64,000 nt of DNA from an uncultured Lachnospiraceae bacterium (GTDB lineage: Bacteria > Bacillota > Clostridia > Lachnospirales > Lachnospiraceae): assembly GCA_900548905.1 (NCBI GenBank), contig URMK01000022.1:34692-98691 (forward strand), written 5' to 3'. The position numbers and the translations under genes were made by a program. The notes below the pieces were generated by a model that was not told the DNA's origin, did no database searches, and saw nothing but the letters and a program-made list of their open reading frames with translations. Below, one piece after another: positions 28,304-39,311 of the stretch. The number at the start of each line of letters is the position of its first letter. Position 1 is the stretch's first letter.

Positions 28304-29305
28304 TTATACCAGCTGTGCCTGTACTGCCGTCAGTGCCACAACTCCTACGATATCTTCCCAGGAACAGCCTCTGGAAAGGTCGTTAACCGGCCTCGCAATC
28401 CCCTGAAGCATAGGGCCGTAGGCTTCCGCCCTGCCCAACCGCTGCACCAGCTTGTAACCGATATTTCCTGCGTCAAGGTTAGGGAATATCAATACATTCG
28501 CTTTGCCTGCCACATCGCTGTCGGGCGCTTTGGATTTGGCAACCTTAGGCACAAGTGCCGCATCTGTCTGCAGTTCACCGTCCAGAGTCAGATGCGGGTA
28601 TTCCTCATGGGCGATTTCCACCGCCTTTACCACCTTGTCCACCAGGGCATGATGGGCGCTTCCCTTCGTGGAATGGGAAAGCATGGCAATAATAGGTTTT
28701 GCCCCGATAAGCTGCTTAAAGCTCTTGGCGCTGGTATCCGCAATTGCCGCCAGTTCTTCCGAAGTAGGATCCTGATTCAGGCCGCAGTCTGCAAATAAAA
28801 AGGTTCCGTGCTCTCCGTATTCGCAATCCGGAACATCCAGGATGAAGAAAGCGGAAACAAGCTTTACGCCGGGAGCCGTACGCAGGATCTGAAGAGACGG
28901 TCTTAAAACGTCCGCTGTGGCATGACACGCACCGGCTACCATTCCGTCCGCATCATTGGCCTTTACCATGACCACGCCGAAGGTAAGGGGATCGCTGATC
29001 AGAATCTCCCTGGCCTTCTCAACCGTCATCCCCTTCGCCTTTCTCGACTCGTAAAGCAGTTCTACATATTCATCCAATTTATCCGTCTTAGAAGGGTCAA
29101 TCACCGTCACTCCGGCCAGATCCACTTCCAGCCAGCCGGCGCCGTCCATAATCTTTTCTTCGTTGCCCACCATAATAATATTGGCAATCCCTTCATGCAG
29201 CACATGCGCCGCAGCGATAAGAGTTCTCTTATCATTTGTTTCCGGCAGTACTATCGTTTTTCTGTCAGCCCTTGCTTTTTCTTTAATTGTGTCAATATAA
29301 GACAT
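28304..29305 (-). CDS. pta: Phosphate acetyltransferase
   Basis: IVLPE, FADCG, DGELQ, FPNLDAGNIGYK, VNDLSRG; promoter TTGTAT-N17-TATAAT at 29398-29370. Confidence 0.97.
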   Translation of the reverse strand: MSYIDTIKEKARADRKTIVLPETNDKRTLIAAAHVLHEGIANIIMVGNEEKIMDGAGWLEVDLAGVTVIDPSKTDKLDEYVELLYESRKAKGMTVEKAREILISDPLTFGVVMVKANDADGMVAGACHATADVLRPSLQILRTAPGVKLVSAFFILDVPDCEYGEHGTFLFADCGLNQDPTSEELAAIADTSAKSFKQLIGAKPIIAMLSHSTKGSAHHALVDKVVKAVEIAHEEYPHLTLDGELQTDAALVPKVAKSKAPDSDVAGKANVLIFPNLDAGNIGYKLVQRLGRAEAYGPMLQGIARPVNDLSRGCSWEDIVGVVALTAVQAQLV

Positions 29306-29633
29306 ACCCAAAAAACTCCTTTCTATTCCACTTCTTCCAATTTTTGTCGTTCTTTCATCGTCTGAGTAAATTATATCGGATTCCTTTTTTGTATACAAGG
29401 CCAATTTCCTGAAATTATTGTACAAAATCTTGCACATTTCACAAATATGCCAAAATTGTTCGTGAATTTGTACAAAACCTGCAGTCTGTCAAATTTATAT
29501 CATTGTCCCTCGCTCTGAAACATGCTATTCTTGTTGTAAACTGTTCAGCAGCTTCACAGTTGCTTCTTGCTGCAGTACAGACCCGCAGCGGCTGCGTAAT
29601 CCTGACAGGAAAGGAACGGAAAGGACTTTATAC

Positions 29634-30884
29634 ATGAAGGTTACCGGAATTATTGCAGAATATAATCCATTTCATAAAGGGCACGCCTATCATATACAAA
29701 AAGCAAAGGAACTCACGCAGGCTGATTACCTGGTTGTGGTTATGAGCGGAGATTTTACACAGAGAGGGACACCTGCCCTTCTGGACAAGTATTCCCGCGC
29801 CCGGATGGCCCTTGCCTGCGGCGCGGATTTGGTTCTGGAGCTGCCGGTGCGGTTTGCCTGTGCCAGCGCGGAATTCTTTGCAGGCGGTGCGGTTTCGCTG
29901 CTGCACCAGCTGGGTGTTGTGGACGCTCTCTGTTTCGGAAGTGAATGCGGGGACATCGAAAAGCTGCAAAAAGCTGCTGCCGCACTCTCGAAAGCGGAAG
30001 CTTCGGAAATCTATGGAAATACTCTGCGGGAAGGATTGCGCGGCGGGCTGTCTTTTCCTGCCGCCCGGGCAAAAGCTATGGGATATGGGGAGGATGAAGC
30101 CGGCAGTTTATTGGCGCTTCCCAACAATATCCTTGGTATAGAATACTGCCGTGCTCTGCTGGGCCTGCAAAGCGCAATCCGGCCGGTTACCCTCCTTCGG
30201 AAGGGAGCCGGCTATCATGATGCACAAATCCATGGAGAAAAGGACTGTTCCTCCGGCTTCAGTTCGGCATTTGCCATCCGCCATGCCCTGCAGAAGGGCG
30301 GCGGCTTTGCTGATATCTGCGGTTCTCTTCCCGAAGAGACAAGGGAAATCTGGCAATCCGGCCTCCGGGAAGGAGGAACGGTATCTGAAAAAGATTTTTC
30401 CCCTCTTCTACGTTACCGAATGCTGCTGGAGGAAGAAAACGGCTTTTCTTCCTATGCGGATGTCACACCGGATTTTTCGGACCGGCTGAGAAAGAATTTG
30501 AACCACTTTACGGACTGGCATGAATTCTGCCTTCTGCAGAATTCCAAAGATATGACATACACACGGATCAGCCGGTGTCTTTGCCATATCCTTTTGGGAC
30601 TTACAGGAGAAAAGCAGGAAGCAAGCAAGCGTCTGTCATTTTCTTCCTATGCCCGTCCTCTTGGTTTCCGAAAAAATGCAGTTCCTCTTCTGCACGCTAT
30701 TAAACAGAATACAAATATCCCTTTCCTGCCCAAACTGGCGGATGCGCCAAAACTCCTTTCCCCTTTTCAGGAAGAAATACTGAAGGAAGACATAAAGGCC
30801 TCTCATATTTACCAGACTGTAGTCAGCGGCAAATATGACAAGCCTTTTCTGAATGAATACCAGCGTCAGATTCCTGTCCTGTAA
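29634..30884 (+). CDS. tmcAL: tRNA(Met) cytidine acetate ligase / YlbM-family nucleotidyltransferase
   Basis: GIIAEYNPFHKGH, MSGDFTQRG, FGSE, PNNILGIEY, YTRISR. Confidence 0.88.
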   Translation: MKVTGIIAEYNPFHKGHAYHIQKAKELTQADYLVVVMSGDFTQRGTPALLDKYSRARMALACGADLVLELPVRFACASAEFFAGGAVSLLHQLGVVDALCFGSECGDIEKLQKAAAALSKAEASEIYGNTLREGLRGGLSFPAARAKAMGYGEDEAGSLLALPNNILGIEYCRALLGLQSAIRPVTLLRKGAGYHDAQIHGEKDCSSGFSSAFAIRHALQKGGGFADICGSLPEETREIWQSGLREGGTVSEKDFSPLLRYRMLLEEENGFSSYADVTPDFSDRLRKNLNHFTDWHEFCLLQNSKDMTYTRISRCLCHILLGLTGEKQEASKRLSFSSYARPLGFRKNAVPLLHAIKQNTNIPFLPKLADAPKLLSPFQEEILKEDIKASHIYQTVVSGKYDKPFLNEYQRQIPVL

Positions 30885-30928
30885 CACAATTGCCGCAAGG
30901 CACTTGTGTTACAAGACAGCTGAATACC

Positions 30929-32293
30929 TCAGTTCTTAAAGCTGTGAATCGGCGCAGGGATTCTTCCTCCCCGGTTCACAAAGGCTTCACAGCCAAAGGA
31001 ATTCACAGGCATAATGGGCGCATGACCCAGCAGGCCGCCGAATTCCGCATGATCTCCCACTTTTTTCCCGATAACAGGAATAAGGCGGACTGCGGTCGTC
31101 TTCTGGTTTACCATACCGATCGCCATCTCATCCGCGATAATTCCGGAAATCGTGGATGCCTTGGTATCACCGGGAACCGCGATCATATCCAGCCCCACAG
31201 AGCAGACACAAGTCATGGCTTCCAGCTTTTCCAGGGTAAGCGCTCCTGCAGTGACCGCATCTATCATTCCCTGATCTTCGCTCACGGGAATAAATGCGCC
31301 GCTTAAACCTCCCACATAAGAAGATGCCATAACGCCGCCCTTTTTCACCTGATCGTTCAGCAGCGCCAGCGCCGCCGTAGTTCCGGGCGCTCCGGCATGC
31401 TCCAGGCCAATTTCACAGAGAATATCCGCCACACTGTCACCGATGGCTGGTGTAGGAGCCAGGGAAAGATCCACAATACCGAAAGGGATCCCAAGCCTTC
31501 TGGAGGCTTCTCTTGCTACCAGCTGGCCCACCCGGGTTACTTTAAATGCAGTTTTCTTGATAGTTTCGCAGAGGATTTCAAAACTCTCTCCTCTCACCTT
31601 TTCCAGCGCCGTCTTCACGACTCCCGGTCCGCTGACACCCACATTTATAATCTTGTCCGCCTCCGTCACGCCATGGAAGGCCCCCGCCATAAAGGGATTG
31701 TCATCCGGCGCATTGCAGAATACCACCAGCTTGGTGCAGCCGGAAGAATCGGTTTCTTTCGTATATTCCGCCGCTTCCAGAATAATCTGCCCCATCAGCC
31801 GGACTGCATCCATATTGATTCCCGTCTTGGTGGAACCCAGATTCACGGAGCTGCAGACTCTTTCTGTTCTGGCGAGCGCCATGGGGATAGAACGGATTAA
31901 CAGTTCGTCAGCCGGCGTCATACCCTTGGATACCAGAGCCGAATAGCCGCCGATAAAGTTCACACCCACTTCCTTTGCCGCCCTGTCCAGGGTGTCCGCT
32001 ATGGTTGCGAAATCCTCCGGTGTCTTGCAGGCGGCTCCGCCTATCAGGGCTATAGGGGTGACTGATATTCTCTTATTTACAATAGGAATCCCATATTCCC
32101 GGGAAATCTCTTCCCCCACCTGTACCAGATTGCTGGCCGCCTGTGTGATTTTACGGTAAATTTTATCGTTTACCCGGTCAAGCTCTGCATCGATACAATC
32201 CAGAAGGCTGATACCTAAAGTTATGGTCCGCACATCCAGATTTTCCTTTTCGATCATTTTATTCGTTTCATTGACTTCAAATATATTAATCAT
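30929..32293 (-). CDS. DUF711 / UPF0210 (PFL-like family) protein
   Basis: [47 protein letters not shown]. Confidence 0.88.
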   Translation of the reverse strand: MINIFEVNETNKMIEKENLDVRTITLGISLLDCIDAELDRVNDKIYRKITQAASNLVQVGEEISREYGIPIVNKRISVTPIALIGGAACKTPEDFATIADTLDRAAKEVGVNFIGGYSALVSKGMTPADELLIRSIPMALARTERVCSSVNLGSTKTGINMDAVRLMGQIILEAAEYTKETDSSGCTKLVVFCNAPDDNPFMAGAFHGVTEADKIINVGVSGPGVVKTALEKVRGESFEILCETIKKTAFKVTRVGQLVAREASRRLGIPFGIVDLSLAPTPAIGDSVADILCEIGLEHAGAPGTTAALALLNDQVKKGGVMASSYVGGLSGAFIPVSEDQGMIDAVTAGALTLEKLEAMTCVCSVGLDMIAVPGDTKASTISGIIADEMAIGMVNQKTTAVRLIPVIGKKVGDHAEFGGLLGHAPIMPVNSFGCEAFVNRGGRIPAPIHSFKN

Positions 32294-32318
32294 ACCTTAA
32301 ACCTCTTCACTCCCGTTA

Positions 32319-32591
32319 TCAGATCCTGTGCATCTGGTTAAAGATTTCTTCGCTCTGGCATTTGATAATAACACCAATTTTCTCTCCCAGTCCGGTCAGT
32401 TCATCCGTGATGTCTCCAAAAGGCTTGCCGGTATGGTTCATATCCACTATCATCATCATGTTAAAATAGCCCTGGACAATCGTCTGGCTGATATCCAGGA
32501 TATTAATATTATTTTCCGCCAGATAGGTACACACTCCAGCAATAATGCCAACCGTATCATGGCCCACTACCGTAATAATTGTTTTTTTCAT
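32319..32591 (-). CDS. ACT domain protein (UPF0237)
   Basis: IITVVGHDTVGII, NILDISQTI, IFNQMHRI; paired with DUF711. Confidence 0.88.
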   Translation of the reverse strand: MKKTIITVVGHDTVGIIAGVCTYLAENNINILDISQTIVQGYFNMMMIVDMNHTGKPFGDITDELTGLGEKIGVIIKCQSEEIFNQMHRI

Positions 32592-32650
32592 ATACTTTTC
32601 CTCCACTCTTACTTATACGATGTAATCGTTCAGACAAACCTGAACGGATA

Positions 32651-33451
32651 CTATGCGATTTCGATTAAACGGGAAACCTCGCTCCGTTTTGCCACCTGAA
32701 TCGGAAAATCCCCTGCCTTATAACAGGTATCCGACTGAGTAATTTCCAGCTTCACCGTTTCATAAGCCAGCTCCGGCAGATTATTTTCCTTACTGAGGTG
32801 CCCCAGGACGATATACTGAAGCTTGTCATGCAGCAGACGGCTTAAAAGCCTTCCTGAATTTTCATTGGAAAGATGTCCGCGGTCCCCCAGTATTCTCTGT
32901 TTTAACGGGTAAGGATAGGGGCCGACCTGGAGCATATTCACATCATGGTTTGCTTCCAGGAGAAGGGCGTCCATTCCCTTCAGGGATTCAATTGTATAAT
33001 CGTTGTAGGTGCCAAGATCCGTTATGACCCCGATCTTCTGCTTTCCATAAGAAAAACGGTAAGCCACAGGTTCCGCCGCATCATGGGAAATCCGCATGGG
33101 ATTTACTGTCATATCCTTAATGGTAAAGCTTTCATCCGCCTTTACCGTCTGAAACAGATCACCGTCAATTGCCCCAAGGCTCTTGCATCCCCGGATAGCT
33201 TCCACCGTCCTGGGAGTCGCATATATGGGAACGTTATATTTACGGGAAAACACGCCCAGCCCGCTGATATGGTCACTGTGTTCATGGGTCACAAAGATCG
33301 CATCCAGCTCATCCGGACATACCCCTAAGCTGTTCAGCCCTTCCTCCGTCCGCTTCCTGCTGATCCCCACATCCACAAGTACATGGGTCGTATCTGTCCC
33401 CACATAAATACAGTTTCCGCTGCTGCCGCTGGCAATGCTGCACAGTCTCAT
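32651..33451 (-). CDS. MBL-fold metallo-hydrolase (YycJ/WalJ-like)
   Basis: ASGSSGN, THEHSDH, SHDA, EANHD, GHLSN, HLSKENN. Confidence 0.88.
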   Translation of the reverse strand: MRLCSIASGSSGNCIYVGTDTTHVLVDVGISRKRTEEGLNSLGVCPDELDAIFVTHEHSDHISGLGVFSRKYNVPIYATPRTVEAIRGCKSLGAIDGDLFQTVKADESFTIKDMTVNPMRISHDAAEPVAYRFSYGKQKIGVITDLGTYNDYTIESLKGMDALLLEANHDVNMLQVGPYPYPLKQRILGDRGHLSNENSGRLLSRLLHDKLQYIVLGHLSKENNLPELAYETVKLEITQSDTCYKAGDFPIQVAKRSEVSRLIEIA

Positions 33452-33542
33452 AATTTTTAACTCCTTATCTTCTGCAATATCCATGTACTAATATGCCATA
33501 TCCGGATCATTCTTGCAAGGAAAAAAGCCGGATTTCAAAAAA

Positions 33543-34166
33543 TCAGGCCTTTTCCGGCGCAGACCTGCCTGAACTGTTGCTTCCCAGCGCTTCCTCCAGC
33601 TGCAGCCAGGTCTCCTGCAAATCTCCGTTATTCTCAATCACCCGGGTACAGTATCTGCGGAATTCCTCTTCCGGCAGCTGACTGGCAAAAATGCGGTCAA
33701 TCCTTTCATCCGTATAACCTCTGCTTTCTTTGAGACGCCTGCGCCTGATTTCTTCATCGGCATGGATATACCAGAGTTCATCCACAATCTGCCCGTAACC
33801 CTCTTCAATCAAAAGTGCGGCCTCTAAAAAAAAGAAGGCAGCCCTGCCGGCCTTTCTTTCCTTCTCCACTTCCTTTACTATGTACCTTTTTACGGCAGGA
33901 TGGATGATCGCATTCACTTCGGCAAGGAGCTTTCTGTCCGCAAAAATGCGGGCGGCCATTTTTCCCTTATCGATCCTGCCGTCCGCATCCAGCACCTCTT
34001 CTCCCAACAATTCCACAAGCTGCCCGTAGCAATCCTGCCCGGGCAGCTTAACTTCATTTCCCACATCATCCGCCAGCAGAATACGGCAGTTGCAATGGGA
34101 AGCCAGAAAGTCAAGCACCTGGGATTTTCCCGCCCCCACACCACCGGTAACTCCAATCAGCTTCAT
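33543..34166 (-). CDS. coaE: Dephospho-CoA kinase
   Basis: IGVTGGVGAGKS, IIHP, EAALLIE. Confidence 0.92.
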   Translation of the reverse strand: MKLIGVTGGVGAGKSQVLDFLASHCNCRILLADDVGNEVKLPGQDCYGQLVELLGEEVLDADGRIDKGKMAARIFADRKLLAEVNAIIHPAVKRYIVKEVEKERKAGRAAFFFLEAALLIEEGYGQIVDELWYIHADEEIRRRRLKESRGYTDERIDRIFASQLPEEEFRRYCTRVIENNGDLQETWLQLEEALGSNSSGRSAPEKA

Positions 34167-34181
34167 CTGCTATCCGTCCTC

Positions 34182-36830
34182 CTACTTCGCTTCATACCAG
34201 TTCTTTCCCGTATGAAGATCAATTTCCAGAGACACCGCCAAATCCGCGGCATGCTTCATTTCCGTTTCCATAATAGCCGCCACCTGATCCATTTCATCCT
34301 GTGCCGATTCCACCAAAAGTTCATCGTGAATCTGCAGTATCAGCCTGGACTTCAGTTTTTCCTCTTTCAGACGCTTCCAGACACGTATCATGGCAATCTT
34401 AATAATATCTGCCGCCGTTCCCTGAATCGGCGCATTCATAGCCACTCGTTCCCCGAAAGAGCGCTGCATGAAATTGCTGGATTTCAACTCCGGAACCGGT
34501 CTTCTTCTTCCGAACATCGTAACGGAATAGCCGTTTTCCTTTGCTTTTTCCACTTCTTCATCCAGGAATTCCTTCACTTTGGGATAGGTTTTAAAATATT
34601 CCTCGATATACTGGGACGCTTCTTTTCTGGAAATGCTCAAATCCTGACTTAAACCGAAAGAGCTTATTCCATACACGATACCGAAATTAACCGCCTTGGC
34701 ATTTCTTCTCTGCAGATCCGTCACCTGATCAAAAGGGGTATGGAATACCTTGGATGCGGTTATCCGATGAATATCCGCATCGGAACGATACGCTTCAATA
34801 AGCTGCCCGTCCCCGGACATATGGGCAAGGACCCGCAGCTCGATCTGGGAATAATCCGCATCGGTAAATACACAGCCTTCCTTGGGCACAAAAACCTTCC
34901 GGATAAGCCTTCCCAACTCCATACGCATAGGAATATTCTGCAGATTCGGTTCCGTGGAGCTGATTCTGCCGGTTGCCGTAATAGTCTGGTTAAGCGTGGT
35001 ATGAATCCGGTTATTATCCCCGATATAAACCGCCAGACCGTCGGCATAGGTGGACTTGAGCTTGGTCAGGCCCCTGTATTCCAGAATCTCCGACACCACA
35101 GGATAATCCGGTGCCAGCTTATCCAGCACATCCGCCGCAGTGGAATAGCCTGTCTTCGTTTTCTTGCCTCCGGGAAGCTTCATTTTATCAAAAAGGATCT
35201 CTCCCAGCTGTTTGGGAGAATTGATATTAAAATCTTCGCCTGCCTGTCTGTGAATGGAATCCTCCAATTCGGTAATCCGGTCCACCAGCGCATCCCCATA
35301 GGCCTTCAATTCCTCGGGACGAACCTCCACCCCTTCTGTTTCCATCTCATGAAGGACCTTTGTCAGAGGCATTTCTATTTCGCAGAACAGCTGATCCATC
35401 TGTGTTTCCTGAAGCTTTCCCCAAAGCAGGGGTTGTGCCATGAAAATAGTATAAACGGCGAATCCCGCATATTCACGGAATGCCTCTTCCCTTTCGCCGG
35501 CCGCTTTCGCAAGAGGAAGCTTCTCCAGAAGCTGCTGCCGGCCCTGGATCATCAGCCCCAGCTGCTCGTTGGCGATATCCTCTATGCTGTAATCATTTTT
35601 CAGCGGATTCAGCAGATACGCGGCAATCAACACATCAAAAAACTGCTCTGTCCCATCCTGTTTCAAATAGGCATACTGCGGCTTGATCTGGAAGGTGGAA
35701 AGCTTCACTCCCCTTTGGACCAGCGCAGCCAGCTTATCCGTCAGATATTCTTTCGTCAAAAAGCCCTGCGGTCTTAAAATCCATATTTTATCCGAAGCTG
35801 CTGCCAGAGCCAGCGCAGCAAAATCCTCTTCCCCGCCGCTGTCTTCCAGAACAAGAAAAGCCGCTCTTTCCGCTTTCCCTGCTTCCTCAAAGGCCGCTTC
35901 TGCTTCCTGCAGATCCGATGTCATGAAAAAGAAGTCCTTCTGGTTATTTTTCGTCACCGCTTCTTCTTCAAACCGTCCAAGCAGGTTTTTGAATTCCAAC
36001 TGCTTAAATAACGTATAGGCCTCCGGTGTAAAAAGCTCCTGCATGCTTACCATATCCCAGGTTACATCCAGTTCACAGTCCGTATGGATCGTCGCAAGCA
36101 CCTTGCTTAAATCTGCCAGTTCTTTGTTTTCAGCCAGCGACTCCCGGATACTTTTTTTGCTGATATCATCCAAATGGGCATATATATTTTCCAGGGAACC
36201 ATACTGCACCATGAGATCCGTTGCGGTTTTTGGCCCCACCTTGGGAACACCCGGAATATTGTCGGAGGAATCCCCCATCAGTGCTTTCAGTTCAATAAAC
36301 TGTTCCGGAGTTACCTGATATGCTTCTTCCACATCACTGGCGTAATAGTCTTCAATTTCCGTCTTTCCGCCTTTTGTCTTGGGTATGCGGATTTTGATAT
36401 GGTCGCTGGCAATCTGCAGCAGATCCCGATCTCCGGATACCAGTGCCACTTCCATACCTTCCTTTTCTCCCTGCTTAGCCAGCGTGCCGAGAATATCGTC
36501 CGCCTCAAGCCCGGCCTTTTCCACTGTGCAGATGCCCATAGCCTGCAGCACTTCCTTGATGACCGGCACCTGTTCCCGCAGTTCCTCCGGCATGGGCTTC
36601 CTTGTCCCTTTGTACTCCTTATAAAGTTCATGCCGGAAGGTGGGGGCATGTACATCAAATGCCACCGCCAGGAATTCCGGTTTTTCCTCCTCGAGAATCT
36701 TAAACATAATATTCAGGAAGCCATATACCGCATTGGTATGAAGCCCCTGGGCATTACTCAAATCAGGCACACCATAGAACGCCCTGTTCAGTATGCTGTG
36801 CCCGTCAATCAGAACCATTTTTTTACTCAT
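34182..36830 (-). CDS. polA: DNA polymerase I
   Basis: IDGHSILNRAFY, GDSSDNIPGV, DYSQIELR, KAVNFGIVYG, QIHDEL. Confidence 0.98.
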   Translation of the reverse strand: MSKKMVLIDGHSILNRAFYGVPDLSNAQGLHTNAVYGFLNIMFKILEEEKPEFLAVAFDVHAPTFRHELYKEYKGTRKPMPEELREQVPVIKEVLQAMGICTVEKAGLEADDILGTLAKQGEKEGMEVALVSGDRDLLQIASDHIKIRIPKTKGGKTEIEDYYASDVEEAYQVTPEQFIELKALMGDSSDNIPGVPKVGPKTATDLMVQYGSLENIYAHLDDISKKSIRESLAENKELADLSKVLATIHTDCELDVTWDMVSMQELFTPEAYTLFKQLEFKNLLGRFEEEAVTKNNQKDFFFMTSDLQEAEAAFEEAGKAERAAFLVLEDSGGEEDFAALALAAASDKIWILRPQGFLTKEYLTDKLAALVQRGVKLSTFQIKPQYAYLKQDGTEQFFDVLIAAYLLNPLKNDYSIEDIANEQLGLMIQGRQQLLEKLPLAKAAGEREEAFREYAGFAVYTIFMAQPLLWGKLQETQMDQLFCEIEMPLTKVLHEMETEGVEVRPEELKAYGDALVDRITELEDSIHRQAGEDFNINSPKQLGEILFDKMKLPGGKKTKTGYSTAADVLDKLAPDYPVVSEILEYRGLTKLKSTYADGLAVYIGDNNRIHTTLNQTITATGRISSTEPNLQNIPMRMELGRLIRKVFVPKEGCVFTDADYSQIELRVLAHMSGDGQLIEAYRSDADIHRITASKVFHTPFDQVTDLQRRNAKAVNFGIVYGISSFGLSQDLSISRKEASQYIEEYFKTYPKVKEFLDEEVEKAKENGYSVTMFGRRRPVPELKSSNFMQRSFGERVAMNAPIQGTAADIIKIAMIRVWKRLKEEKLKSRLILQIHDELLVESAQDEMDQVAAIMETEMKHAADLAVSLEIDLHTGKNWYEAK

Positions 36831-37150
36831 ATAAATACCACCGTCGTCATAACCAGAATCACTGTCAATATAGCTATCACTTCAAAATAATACAGCCCCC
36901 ATTGCAGCCTCTGGCGTATTTTTACATGGCTCTCCGCAGTTTGCAGTCTTGCGGAAAGCTCATCATTTAAATTAAAAGCGTCTCCGTCCTCCAGCCGTTC
37001 CATTCCCACCGTAACCAGAAACTGAATGCTCAGCTCCTCCTTACAGGACGGACACTTTTTTACATGCTCCAGGAATTGTTTTGCCGCCCTGGTTTCCATC
37101 TCTCCTTTAATAAAATCGGGAATCAGTTTTTCCGCCTGTTTACAGTCCAT
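36827..37150 (-). CDS. zf-HC2 (anti-sigma-like zinc finger) membrane protein
   Basis: MDC...HVKKCPSC and a C-terminal TM helix; stop overlaps polA ATG. Confidence 0.75.
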   Translation of the reverse strand: MDCKQAEKLIPDFIKGEMETRAAKQFLEHVKKCPSCKEELSIQFLVTVGMERLEDGDAFNLNDELSARLQTAESHVKIRQRLQWGLYYFEVIAILTVILVMTTVVFI

Positions 37151-37409
37151 CCGGACGGCCTCCTTCCTTTTAACCATGCAGGAAACCTAAGTATAGTTTC
37201 CTCCACTCTTATATTAATATATACTAAAACAGGAAGATATAAAAGATTTTTCTGAAAAAAGACAAAAAAATAAGAGAGTAAACCCCATAGTAGCTTTACT
37301 CCCTTATATACCTGAACCATTCGATTTATATTATGCAAAATTATTTATTTTTTCTTTCATGCGGCTTATTTCGTTAGTATAGCATGACCAATAAGCAAAG
37401 TCCATCCCA

Positions 37410-38549
37410 TTACAGCATCCTTTTTCCTCTGCAGTAGGTCTGTACCACATCGTAATTATCTTCCAGTACCACAATATCCGCATCATAGCCAACCACCAGC
37501 CGGCCTTTACGGTCATCCACACCCAGGCATCTGGCAGGATTCAGTGTACAGGAGTTTATTGCCGTATCCAGGGGGATCAGCGCATTTTCCACCAGGATTT
37601 TCAGGCCCTTGTTCATATTCAGGGTACTTCCTGCTATTGTATCGGTTCCCTTCAGCCTGGCAAGACCGTCTTCGCCGATTTCAATATCATGGCCGCCCAG
37701 CTGGTAACTTCCGCCGGGAGGGCAATGCTTTGCCCGGAGGGAATCGCTCACCATAATTCCGTAATCCCTGCCTTTTGCCTGGAAATAGTTGTTTAAAGCA
37801 GCCAGATGGGAATGGCAGCCGTCACAGATAATTTCACCGTAAATATCCCTGACGCGGAAAGCCGTGCCCACCAGGCCGGGTTTCCTGTGGTGATAGGGTG
37901 TCATTCCGTTATATACATGGGTCATGCTGGTGGCTCCATTGGCAATCCCCAGCATAGCCTGCTCATAAGTGGCGGAGGAATGCCCCATGCTTACCACCAC
38001 ACCGGTTTCCCTGCAGTATCGGGTCAGAGCAAAATCCTTGTCATGCTCAGGAGCCATGGTAATATACTTTATCAGGCCTTCCGCCGCATCCTGGTACTTT
38101 TTAAACTGTTCAACCGCTGCCGTAGCAATAGCCTCCGGCGGCTGTGCGCCTTTGTATTCCATATCCAGATAGGGGCCTTCAAAATGAACCCCCAGGATTT
38201 CCGCGCCTTCATAACCTTCCTTAACAACTGCGGCCACATTTGCAAGCGCTTTGGCCAGCACCTCCGGCATTTGGGTAACCGTGGTAGGAAGAATGGCGGT
38301 AACGCCTTCCTCCGGAATACGCTTCATCCAGTCACGCAGGCCTTCCGGATCGGCATCATTCGTATCAAAACCATAGGCACCATGGGTGTGAACATCGATA
38401 AATCCGGGAAGAATACGTTTTTCCCCATAATCTTCATCTGCGTCTTTTGTACCATAAGGGAGGATATCCGTTATTTTCCCGTCCTTTATTTCCAGCTGCA
38501 TGGCAAGAAACTGTCCGGCTATCCATACCCGTTTACTTTGTATTACCAT
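37410..38549 (-). CDS. nagA: N-acetylglucosamine-6-phosphate deacetylase
   Basis: PGFIDVHTHG, HFEGPY, APE, GHS, THVYNGM, IAGS. Confidence 0.96.
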   Translation of the reverse strand: MVIQSKRVWIAGQFLAMQLEIKDGKITDILPYGTKDADEDYGEKRILPGFIDVHTHGAYGFDTNDADPEGLRDWMKRIPEEGVTAILPTTVTQMPEVLAKALANVAAVVKEGYEGAEILGVHFEGPYLDMEYKGAQPPEAIATAAVEQFKKYQDAAEGLIKYITMAPEHDKDFALTRYCRETGVVVSMGHSSATYEQAMLGIANGATSMTHVYNGMTPYHHRKPGLVGTAFRVRDIYGEIICDGCHSHLAALNNYFQAKGRDYGIMVSDSLRAKHCPPGGSYQLGGHDIEIGEDGLARLKGTDTIAGSTLNMNKGLKILVENALIPLDTAINSCTLNPARCLGVDDRKGRLVVGYDADIVVLEDNYDVVQTYCRGKRML

Positions 38550-38585
38550 TAAAATATCCTCCTTGAATGCTTTGGGAAGGTTCTG

Positions 38586-39311
38586 TCAGATTTTGGAAAG
38601 AGCAGCCTCATCCGCCACAACTATCACATCATTGTGAAGCTGAAGAACAGATGCCGGCACCTTGGGCGTTACCGGCCCGAAGAAAGCCTTCTTAACAATT
38701 TCTGCCTTATCTTCCCCGCTTACTACCACCAGTACCTTCTTAGCCTGCATAATGGTTTTAATTCCCATGGTATAAGCCTGCTTGGGAACTTCATCATAGG
38801 ATGCGAAGAAACGCTGGTTCGCCTTAATGGTGGATTCCGTCAGATCCACACAATGTGTTTCCAGTTCAAAGCTGTCAGCAGGCTCATTAAAACCGATATG
38901 GCCATTATGGCCCAGCCCGAGCAGCTGGAGATCAACACCTCCCACCGAAGCAATCACCCTGTTATAGTCCGCGCATGCTTTTGTACTGTCCGGTTCGGTT
39001 CCGTCAGGAAGGTGCGTTCTTTCCTTATTAATATTTACATGTTTGAAAAGATTATCATTCATAAAATAATAATAGCTCTGGTCATTATCCCTGGTAAGCC
39101 CCTTGTATTCATCCAGATTAACGGAGGTAACCTCTGAAAAATCCAGATCCCCTTTATTGTACCATTCCACAAGCTGCTTATAGGTTCCCACAGGAGTGGA
39201 ACCGGTAGCAAGCCCCAGTACGCAATCAGGCTTCATAATAACCTGGGCGGAAATAATGTTGGCAGCTTTCCTGCTCATGTCCTTATAATCCTTGGCTTTG
39301 ATAATTTTCAT
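38586..39311 (-). CDS. nagB: Glucosamine-6-phosphate deaminase
   Basis: LGLATGSTP, NLDEY, GHNGHIGFNEP, PASVLQLH. Confidence 0.97.
   Translation of the reverse strand: MKIIKAKDYKDMSRKAANIISAQVIMKPDCVLGLATGSTPVGTYKQLVEWYNKGDLDFSEVTSVNLDEYKGLTRDNDQSYYYFMNDNLFKHVNINKERTHLPDGTEPDSTKACADYNRVIASVGGVDLQLLGLGHNGHIGFNEPADSFELETHCVDLTESTIKANQRFFASYDEVPKQAYTMGIKTIMQAKKVLVVVSGEDKAEIVKKAFFGPVTPKVPASVLQLHNDVIVVADEAALSKI

Noticed and set aside
37271..37306. GTAAACCCCATAGT resembling the MerR operator half-site
   Set aside because: It lies in a GAGTAAA/TTTACTC hairpin downstream of nagA, lacks the full dyad and 19-bp promoter geometry; more likely a terminator.
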